From: Neoechinorhynchus agilis
Lineage: Eukaryota; Animalia; Acanthocephala
Reading direction: 5' to 3'
DNA length: 64,000 nucleotides
NCBI GenBank assembly: GCA_051530055.1
Contig: CM121341.1
Span: 11,882,784-11,946,783 of the forward strand
In this document: one piece after another, positions 49,721 through 59,669 of the stretch
How the letters are laid out: each line of letters opens with the position of its first letter
Position numbering within the stretch: the first letter of the stretch is position 1
Translations under genes and position numbers: made by a program
The notes under the pieces: generated by a model
Database searches by the model: none
Told to the model about the DNA's origin: nothing
The model's input: the letters and a program-made list of their open reading frames with translations, nothing else

Positions 49721-50499
49721 CATAGATACTTAATAAAAAAGTTACCGGCTGGCCAGACTTCAAAAATAAATGCCTTTGTTTATACGAAATAAATTTAATT
49801 ATTTCGAACGATGCTACCGTGACTGTTTTCGCCATTTCATTTTCTTAACCGTTTTTTCGAAGACCTTTTCCCTTGGTACCAGCTTTGTTAAGATCAATCA
49901 TTTTATTTTTATGTTATGTTACGCAAGTTTGTGGCTTGTGTACTTGGCGACCAACTACTTGATCGTTTCGACTTTTAAATTAAATATTTCTCGACAGTGT
50001 GCATTGATATCTTAATTTAAAATGATGGCATTGTATTTTCAGAAGATTTATATCGTTAAATCAGTAAACGCTATTGTAAATTGTAATCGATTAGCAAATT
50101 AACTCATCTTACTGCACAAAACTCGTTGATCTTTATTGGGAAAATGCACTTCGTTCCCGATATCTTCTAAAAAGTTGCTATTTCTAGTACTTCTTTAACT
50201 TAACAGGTTATTTTAATTATATCACAGAGAATTGTCGTCGGGGTGAAAAAACATCGCCAAAATCGTATTTTAATTATAATTAATAAAAAGCAAGTTATGT
50301 AGCTTTTAATGAGACTATTCGGCCTATTGTCTTAAAATTCGTTCCTTTATGTATGATTCAAGCGAATGGCAGTGCACAATTTAAATTTTAGTAATTTGCA
50401 AACCACCACTCACTTATTTCGACAATGCTTCCTAACCTTGTGGCAGAGAAGTAAAAGAATTTAAATATCGAATGCAAAACAGTAATATTTATTAAAAAT

Positions 50500-50941
50500 T
50501 TAAGTGCTTAGTGCAATAGTTTTGTTCGTTGGTTCCTTCAGTATAAGAAATGCTTGAATGGCGAATCGCGAATCTGAATACAAGACACGGACATTGTCCA
50601 TCAAACGGCCAGTTCGAATTTGTTCGGACTCAAATGATCCGTCTTTTCGATAATCACTTTTATCTAGTAGAAGCATTTTTATTTTGTAATCATCGACTGC
50701 ACCTTCCGGCAATACCAGAGCAGCTCTCTGTGCTGAATTTTTTAACTCATCAATTCTCGTCGAAATACATCGAGAACCAATGAAGCAAAATTTCCATAAT
50801 CTTTTCAATGCGTTTTGAGGTATCAACTTCAGACCTTATTTGGTTTAGCTTTTCCCGATTTAAGGAAGCTTTAACATCGATCTCTAGCGCATTTAAAACC
50901 TTTTCAGAGTAGTATGTAAACGAACGCCGAATGTCCGACAT
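50500..50941 (-). CDS. Small protein, N-terminus resembling a CARD/death fold, split by a 43-46-nt hairpin insertion
   Basis: Two overlapping frames join across a 14-bp stem to give ...TSKRIEKIMEILKNSAQRAALVL..., similar in pattern to CARD helices 4-5; fold call is tentative. Confidence 0.5.
50743..50785 (-). other. Candidate non-canonical hairpin intron (43 or 46 nt)
   Basis: TTCATTGGTTCTCG pairs fully with CGAGAATTGATGAG (14 bp, 4 G-U), 11-nt loop; located exactly at the frameshift. Confidence 0.6.
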
Positions 50942-51460
50942 TTTCCTCCTAAATGTTTCTCACTGTTTAAAATAAATTTGGTTGCCATGGTTTTTTAAAG
51001 CTTTCGAATTTCTTGAATAAGCAAATACGTTTGTTTAACTGGTTTATTTTTAGATTTCTTCTGGTTGGAGAAATACTTTGATGCACTTTTTCGCGTGTGA
51101 CTTAAACATGATAAATATTTATTTCAGATTACAGCAATTTTTACGGATGTTCAGACTTCGTGTGAGAAATATTGCTTTTACAACAACTCAAAGTCATTTC
51201 CGCAATTAAATATCAAAGATAAGACAAGCTAGCACTTATTTCAAGTCCCAATGACAAGGTTTAAATTTTTGCGATTGATCAAAAATTTTAACATTTAGCT
51301 AAAGGTTCGATATCCTGCGTTATTTTGTAGGGTAATTAGACCGATTTTTGCCAACAAACTAGCGAGCATTTAGAAATTACAAGTTTTTTAGTAACAAAAT
51401 CTCATATTTGGTGAAATAAAGTTCACAATAATGCCCAACTCGGTATATTCACTCTGTCAT

Positions 51461-52081
51461 TTAAGCCATAGCATGATGTTCGTTAGGTACGTCAGAATTC
51501 GATCTCGACTTTTTAGTTTGCCGAACTTTTACAATTTGAATATTATTCGTTTGATATAGTCGTTCGAGCTCCTTTGAAGCTTTTGATTTGTTATCGCTCG
51601 TTATAATATCATATACCGAAATATTGTCTTGGAGTTGATCATTACCTCTATGCAGACATGGATTATTGTTTGCGCTATGGCGATCGCGGGACCGTTTTTG
51701 ACTAAAAATCTTAAGACAGCCCGGTTTTGTACATTGATAACGTTCATTCATGTGACCAGCGCTGAAATGGATTCGAAGCGCTCCCATGTCACAGAATAAC
51801 TTTTGGCACTTGGGGCATTGGATTTTTTCAACGAATTCCTCGTCTCTTTGTAACCTCCTTTTACGTGGAATCTCCACACAAGAATTATTCACAATTTCTG
51901 GAGTCGCTGAATCTTGCTGGTCACATGAAGATGCATTTTGTGTTCCATTTGTTGAGGGAAAATCATTTGTTTGTATAGTCGGTGGAGCAACAATTGACGT
52001 GGCAACACTTTGGGCTTGTACAAGTTGCCTGTGTCCTTCTTGGTCAAACAGGGCTTGAAAAAATCTGCCGAAGCAAAACAA
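51461..52081 (-). CDS. Disconnected/basonuclin-family paired C2H2 zinc-finger protein (5' end uncertain)
   Basis: CPKCQKLFCDMGALRIHFSAGHMNERYQCTKPGCLKIFSQKRSRDRHSANNNPCLH matches the disco/basonuclin signature. Confidence 0.85.
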   Translation of the reverse strand: MFCFGRFFQALFDQEGHRQLVQAQSVATSIVAPPTIQTNDFPSTNGTQNASSCDQQDSATPEIVNNSCVEIPRKRRLQRDEEFVEKIQCPKCQKLFCDMGALRIHFSAGHMNERYQCTKPGCLKIFSQKRSRDRHSANNNPCLHRGNDQLQDNISVYDIITSDNKSKASKELERLYQTNNIQIVKVRQTKKSRSNSDVPNEHHAMA

Positions 52082-52356
52082 CCGGCAGTATAACTCTACT
52101 GCCGTAACTTCTAGATTGGATAACTAAATGAGCGAAATTGAGGTGGTAAACCATTAGCTCAGCCAATGGCGTGCAAATTGATTAAAGTTCGAACATACCG
52201 CATTATGATTGGATACTAAAGGCACTTCGAAACCGGTATAAAACGGGTAGTTCGAAGCATTAACAGCATTGCTTCCACTATTTTGATCCTGCGTGTTGTC
52301 ATTTCCATTATTATCGGGCATATCTAAGACGATTAGGAGCGATTTTTCAGAGACGA

Positions 52357-52867
52357 ATGAAGAAAAAATACAAGTGTAGAGTGTGTCTATATTTCAGTAA
52401 AAAGCCCAGGATTGCTGGGATGTGGAAAATTGTTTTACTTTCCCATATAGGATGTCGTACACAAATAGCCTACTCCTGTAATGTACCTGACGATGACTCA
52501 TGTCATGATAATATCTCAGCAGATGTAGGAATAACGCAGGTAAATACTTAGAACAAAAAATTGTTGCGACGAAATTTTGTGTATGGAAATTATGTATGAG
52601 GACGTAGTGTTCGACAAAATTTGTAAGGTATTAAATTTGAGGAGTAATTATTTAAATCTCAGCAAAACCTTAAGTTTCCCAAAATATCACAATGTTTCAG
52701 TTCGAGAATGCAATTATCATGAATCTAAAAACAATGCAAAATGTGGTTGGACATCAATTTTAACGAATAGACTATGTAAATTCGATTTTTTAGTTGGAAA
52801 CAAAAATGATAAACTTACGAGACAGCTAAAATACCACATTTTGCAATCGAAATTGCTCAATAAGTAA
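52357..52867 (+). CDS. Possible small Cys-containing spliced protein
   Basis: KYKCRVC start; plausible short GT-AG introns near 52401-52450 and 52540-52600; no family recognised. Confidence 0.3.
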
Positions 52868-54803
52868 TAAACATGAAATTAAGCTAAAGATTTTAAGTAA
52901 AAAAGGGTAGAATATTATAAATTTAATTCAATCTCTATAATGACTAGCTAATAAAAATTCAATACAAAATTTGTGAGTAGAAATTTTTAAAATTAATTTT
53001 AAAATAAGTAGTGCGAGAAAAATAACTGCAATTCTCTTTAAAAAAATCGAGTCTTAAAATTTTAGGTGAAAACAAGAAGCATGCTAGGAATAATTTTAAT
53101 TTTTCGGTGAATTGCAACAAGAGTTTATAATTAAATTTGAAAAAGATGATTGAAATTTTTTAGTTTAGATTTAATTTTTATACAAGTCAATAGAAACATT
53201 ATTTACGGCATTACATTGTCCAATGATTAGATATTTAATTTTCGAGCAAAATTTAATAAAAGTATATTAAATTTTTAATGCTGACCTGAATTAAGGTTTA
53301 GGCGTTATTATGTAGGAGGAGTTAATAAGACTACTGATCGAAAACTCCTGATAATTTTCTGTTTTTTTGTGGATTTTGTTCTATTCGAAGGATATGTAGG
53401 ATGAGAAGCGTGTTGGGAGTAGGTAACGAGTCTTTTTGGGGAATATTAGGCACGAATCTTGCATAGGTACTAGGTGGTTTGAAATATTTACCTGCGACTT
53501 TGGCACTCGTCAACACGAAACACGCGGTGTTTTCGGAAATATGACTACAGAAGGCCAATGGAGTGTATGTGAGAGATACACGACACAGCTTTCAGCATAA
53601 GACATAAAACGATTCTCGCCATGAAGGCAAAGCAGTGAAATCCTATCGAAGCGGATCTTGTCACTATGTGACTCTTGTCGTGCCATTAAAGACACGTCGA
53701 AGTAGCAAAGAAGAGAGAAATGAAGCCATAAAGGAAAGTTCTTGGATTGACACTGAAAATCCAATACGCTTTTGTATTTTTTTATGTGAGTTGCTGTAAC
53801 GTCATTGGCTAAACAAAAGGTATTTTTCGCGCTTTTGGTTAAATTGAAACAGAAAACGTTTGATTGCATTGAAATTGAGATGCACGAATGGTGGTCAATA
53901 GCAAACTTATGTTATGGTTTTCTTTCAATCGATCACAAACGTAATACGTATGTTTTGAGAAGATAATCTCTAGATTTCCACAAATCAATTTTCGATTATG
54001 TTTTTAAGGAATAAAGATAATTTTTAAAACTAAAAAAAGTCGAAATTGAGTTTACTCGACTGAAATTGTCAACAAAAAAGGAAACACATGAAAAGAATGT
54101 TACTTGGTAAAATTCTTTAATATTTCGAATGCCATTTTCGAAGTCCCCAAAATCGCAACCCATTTTGTTAACTTACTTCCAAAATGCAAGTGCACAACAA
54201 TCGTACAAAAATATATTTACCATGATGCAAAAATGAACGCAAATTTTCATAAAACAAAATACAACGACGTTATGCGAAAAAAAGGGTTGTTAATAAAAGC
54301 GAAAACAATTTAATTATGCCAAAAACTTGCATTTTTGTCTTTTGAAGACGATACCGCTGAAAAAAAGACTCACAGATTTGCTAATAAATCGTTTGTTTTT
54401 GAAAGCATTGAATTAAGTTAGCACGCCTCCTTTTTATCAGTTTTATTTTAAAAGCGACACTTTATATTTGAGTACTTTCTTTATATTCTAAAATTTGTGT
54501 TCATCGCGGCTTTGCGTTTTTAAAAAAACAACAAATGCGTCCAATTTAGACTTCGCCTTTTATGAGTGATTTTTTGAGCTTAGATTTATTTTTGACCTTT
54601 TTTATTAACAAAAATCGATTATTATTTAGTCTTAACACTTTCGCGCACCAATCCTAGTTGAGAAGGCCAATATTAACCATTGGAAAAGGTGATTGATTTT
54701 TGAAATGAAATCGCAATGTCGAAACACAAGAACGAAAGAACGACAAACTTTGGTGGTATTTTGTGCGCAAAAATATCAAGAGTTAACTTTTTGAACGAAT
54801 GCC

Positions 54804-57800
54804 ATGAATCAGTCAATTAAGATGTTCTGGAGATGTTTATCCTCGAAAAGACATCCTCAGTTAGACAAAATGAAGAAGCGGCCATTATATTTCGATTCTC
54901 AGGCAACAACCCCAATGGATCCACGAGTTCTTGATGCCATGATGCCCTTTATGACGACCCTATAAAATCAGTATCGTCATATCGGTCGTTTGGAAAAAAT
55001 TGACCTTCCTTTGTCAATTCCCAAGTCAAAATTAATTTTTTGTAAATGTTAAGATTAATATAAAAATAAGTCTGGTTGGAAAAATCACTTTAAAATCAGT
55101 ATCGTCATATCGGTCGTTTGGAAAAAATTTGACCTTCCTTTGTCAATTCCCAAGTCAAAATTAATTTTTTGCAAATGTTAAGATTAATATAAAAATAAGT
55201 CTGATTGGAAAAATCACTTTAAAATCAGTATCGTCATATCGGTCGTTTGGAAAAAATTTGACCTTCCTTTGTCAATTCCCAAGTCAAAATTAATTTTTTG
55301 CAAATGTTAAGATTAATATAAAAATAAGTCTGGTTGGAAAAATCACTTTAAAATCAGTATCGTCATATCGGTCGTTTGGAAAAATTTGACCTTCCTTTGT
55401 CAATTCCCAAGTCAAAATTAATTTTTTGCAAATGTTAAGATTAATATAAAAATAAGTCTGATTGGAAAAATCACTTTAAAATCAGTATCGTCATATCGGT
55501 CGTTTGGAAAAAATTTGACCTTCCTTTGTCAATTCCCAAGTCAAAATTAATTTTTTGCAAATGTTAAGATTAATATAAAAATAAGTCTGGTTGGAAAAAT
55601 CACTTTAAAATCAGTATCGTCATATCGGTCGTTTGGAAAAAATTTGACCTTCCTTTGTCAATTCCCAAGTCAAAATTAATTTTTTGCAAATGTTAAGATT
55701 AATATAAAAATAAGTCTGGTTGGAAAAATCACTTTAAAATCAGTATCGTCATATCGGTCGTTTGGAAAAAATTTGACCTTCCTTTGTCAATTCCCAATAA
55801 AATTAATTTTTTGCAAATGTTAAGATTAATATAAAAATAAGTCTGGTTGGAAAAATCACTTTAAAATCAGTATCGTCATATCGGTCGTTTGGAAAAAATT
55901 TGACCTTCCTTTGTCAATTCCCAAGTCAAAATTAATTTTTTGCAAATGTTAAGATTAATATAAAAATAAGTCTGGTTGGAAAAATCACTTTAAAATCAGT
56001 ATCGTCATATCGGTCGTTTGGAAAAAATTGACCTTCCTTTGTCAATTCCCAAGTCAAAATTAATTTTTTGCAAATGTTAAGATTAATATAAAAATAAGTC
56101 TGGTTGGAAAAATCACTTTAAAATCAGTATCGTCATATCGGTCGTTTGGAAAAAATTTGACCTTCCTTTGTCAATTCCCAAGTCATATTTTTGCAAATGT
56201 TAAGATTAATATAAAAATAAGTCTGATTGGAAAAATCACTTTAAAATCAGTATCGTCATATCGGTCGTTTGGAAAAAATTTGACCTTCCTTTGTCAATTC
56301 CCAAGTCAAAATTAATTTTTTGCAAATGTTAAGATTAATATAAAAATAAGTCTGGTTGGAAAAATCACTTTAAAATCAGTATCGTCATATCGGTCGTTTG
56401 GAAAAAATTTGACCTTCCTTTGTCAATTCCCAAGTCAAAATTAATTTTTTGCAAATGTTAAGATTAATATAAAAATAAGTCTGATTGGAAAAATCACTTT
56501 AAAATCAGTATCGTCATATCGGTCGTTTGGAAAAAATTTGACCTTCCTTTGTCAATTCCCAAGTCAAAATTAATTTTTTGCAAATGTTAAGATTAATATA
56601 AAAATAAGTCTGGTTGGAAAAATCACTTTAAAATCAGTATCGTCATATCGGTCGTTTGGAAAAAATTTGACCTTCCTTTGTCAATTCCCAAGTCAAAATT
56701 AATTTTTTGCAAATGTTAAGATTAATATAAAAATAAGTCTGGTTGGAAAAATCACTTTAAAATCAGTATCGTCATATCGGTCGTTTGGAAAAAATTGACC
56801 TTCCTTTGTCAATTCCCAAGTCAAAATTAATTTTTTGCAAATGTTAAGATTAATATAAAAATAAGTCTGGTTGGAAAAATCACTTTAAAATCAGTATCGT
56901 CATATCGGTCGTTTGGAAAAAATTTGACCTTCCTTTGTCAATTCCCAAGTCAAAATTAATTTTTTGCAAATGTTAAATTAATATAAAAATAAGTCTGATT
57001 GGAAAAATCACTTTAAAATCAGTATCGTCATATCGGTCGTTTGGAAAAAATTGACCTTCCTTTGTCAATTCCCAAGTCAAAATTAATTTTTTGTAAATGT
57101 TAAGATTAATATAAAAATAAGTCTGATTGGAAAAATCACTTAAAATCAGTATCGTCATATCGGTCGTTTGGAAAAAAATGACCTTCCTTTGTCAATTCCC
57201 AAGTCAAAATTAATTTTTTGCAAATGTTAAGATTAATATAAAAATAAGTCTGATTGGAAAAATCACTTTAAAATCAGTATCGTCATATCGGTCGTTTGGA
57301 AAAAAATTGACCTTCCTTTATCGATTCCCAATTCAAAATTAATTTTTTGCAAATGTTAAGATTAATATAAAAATAAGTCTGATTGGAAAAATCACTTTAA
57401 AATCGGAATCGCCTCATTGGTCCCTTTGATTCTAATTCAAAATTAATTCAACTTTTCTTACTACGTAATTTTTCGCAAATGTTAAGATTAATATAAAAAT
57501 AAATTTGATTGGAAAAATCACTTTATTCGATTTATCTTATCGATATGGTGATTCCGATCGCATGGAAATGCACATTCTCGAACTCATGCTTTCGGCTGGG
57601 AAGCTGAGGATGCTGTTGAAGAAGCTAGATGTCACGTTGCAAAATTAATTCGAGCAGAACCGAAGGAGATTGTCTTTACAAGTGGAGCAACCGAAAGCAA
57701 TAATCTTGCTATAAAAGGAGCTGCAAGGTTTTACGCCTTAGCGAGTGGTAGGAGCTCTTCCAGTCATCGCATTTTCACAAGTCAAATTGTAAGAGATTTT

Positions 57801-59388
57801 CCTACAATTAAAAGTTATGTCTATGTTAAATCTGAATTTCTTTAAAGATTTTAACATAAAAATTTGCAAAATTGAAATACTTATGAGAATTCAGTGTATC
57901 TTGATTTTTCAGATTGAATTTTTCCTAAACTATCCTTTTTTGTTCAATATATATCCTTTTTACCGTTTCAGGAACATAAATGTGTATTGGAATCATGCCG
58001 AGCCATGGAAAACGAAGAGACTTGTGAAGTGAAATACCTACCAGTTCTGCCCAGGGTTGGAATTATCAACCAAAAAGTATTTAAATCATATTATAATGTC
58101 GCTTTTAAAGCGTACTACTTAGGCCCTTAAAGCTGAGTTAGACGCTTTTTCATCACACATAGCCGAAAACACGCCAATCAATCACCTTTGTCTTCTCAGT
58201 GTAATGTTGGTCAATAATGAAATTGGCGTCATTCAGCCTTTTAAAGATCTCGGTATGTTTTAATTTTGTTCAATTAAATGTATTCTATCTCCTTAAAATT
58301 AGTTAGTTCATGTAGGATGTTTTCTGATGCTTATAAGAATAAAAAGATTCGGGTAGTGACTCACACTGATGCGGCTCAAGCAGTTGGAAAGATCCCAATA
58401 GATGTAAATGACCTTGATGTTGATCTTATGTCTATTAGCGGACATAAACTGTATGGACCCAAAGGAATCGGAGCGCTTTATGTACGACGACGACCTCGTA
58501 GAATTCGACTTGAACCACTTTTAAGTGGAGGAGGACAGGAACGTGGAATTAGGAGCGGGACATTGCCTGTTCCTTTAGTTGTAGGCCTAGGAAAAGCTTG
58601 TGAAATCTCATTGGAAGAAATGGAATACGATAAGGTCAAAGTAAATGAATTAACCGACCGACTGATTAAAGCGGATGCGCTCAATGGTCGTAGTTATTCA
58701 GTATTAAGATTCTTTTTTGTAGTAGACATACAGATGATTTAGACAGGAAGTTTGGATTCTGGGAAATAATTCAACGAAGAAACTACAAATGACTATTATT
58801 TGTTTCCTCGTTGAATTTTGCGACTTACTTTAATATGTTCTCGACTTATCTTTGTAGATATTAAAATTCTATTAAACCTTTTTTTGGTAAGATCAGAAGC
58901 GAAATACCACTTTCGACTTGTGAACATCTTTTTCCGCTTCAATTTGAGCGGATACGCATAACGGGCTATCTAGCCAACTCAGTCATCTTGTAATCAATGG
59001 AAGTCGAGAACATTGCGTTCCAGGGTGTGTTAACATCTCTTTTTCTTGTGTAGAAGGAGAAAGTTTAATGATGGCTCTAAAAGATATTTGTCTATCGTCC
59101 GGTTCAGCATGTACCTCGGCATCCTTGGAGCCGTCATATGTATTGAGAGCACTTGGTTCAGATGAAGATCTAGCTCATTCGTCCATTCGGTTTGGAATAA
59201 ATCGGTTTAGTTCCAGCGAAGAAGTCGATTATCTAGTCGAATCCGTAATCAGGCAAGTAAGAAGACTGAGGGAATTAAGGTTTGTCTTTAGCGATATTAG
59301 CTCTCATACAGTAATCTGTCTTAGTCCACTATGGGAGATGATCCAAGAGGGCATTGACTTGAAGACTATTCAATGGACGCAGCATTAA
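54804..59388 (+). CDS. NFS1: Mitochondrial cysteine desulfurase NFS1. Exons approx. 54804-54964, 57563-57788, 57972-58076, 58123-58252, 58303-58670, 58963-59279, 59325-59388
   Basis: [101 protein letters not shown]; four canonical and two non-canonical introns. Confidence 0.96.
54963..57525. repeat. Tandem array, 129-bp unit, about 20 copies (last one divergent)
   Basis: AAAATCAGTATCGTCATATCGG recurs at 54963, 55092, 55221, 55350, 55478 and onward to ~57270; divergent unit from ~57399. Confidence 0.97.
54965..57562 (+). other. Non-canonical hairpin-ended intron (2598 nt) in NFS1, filled by a tandem array
   Basis: Splits the Tyr codon of TTLYGNAHS (TA|T); unspliced reading gives TAA; ATCAGTATCGTCATATCG pairs with CGATATGGTGATTCCGAT. 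Confidence 0.85.
58671..58962 (+). other. Second non-canonical hairpin-ended intron (292 nt) in NFS1
   Basis: Removal gives RLI(K/N)[13 protein letters not shown], colinear with known NFS1 proteins; GCGGATGCGCTCAA pairs with TTGAGCGGATACGC. Confidence 0.7.
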
Positions 59389-59669
59389 AAACTCATGGAG
59401 TTGTGTGATTCTCGGATAAATTTGCCGAAATAGAATTCATTATTGCCATCAGGCAGAAATAAAATCTTGCTTATTCGCTAATACGGCAAATATGAGTTTT
59501 TTCCCCTCAATAATGTTTTGTTGATTTTCGTTTCCTGCAACAGAAAAAACGATAAGGCTAGTTGTCGAATTCATTATTCATGCTGTTCCTTTAAATTGAA
59601 AGATTTTCATATCGTCAAAATCGCGATATCTTTTTTTTCGAAATTTTATTGCAATCTCAATCAAATTAG

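Noticed and set aside
8300-50941. Alternative genetic code (stop-codon reassignment) to explain interrupted ORFs
   Set aside because: Intact genes end normally at TAA, TAG or TGA, and the interruptions involve frameshifts rather than single stops.
53331-53869. Two overlapping minus-strand ORFs as another hairpin-intron case
   Set aside because: Only a 6-bp local hairpin is present, it is not positioned to restore the frame, and there is no homology support.
54963-57525. CRISPR-like or telomeric repeat
   Set aside because: It is a homogeneous 129-bp AT-rich unit without spacers, located inside an NFS1 intron.
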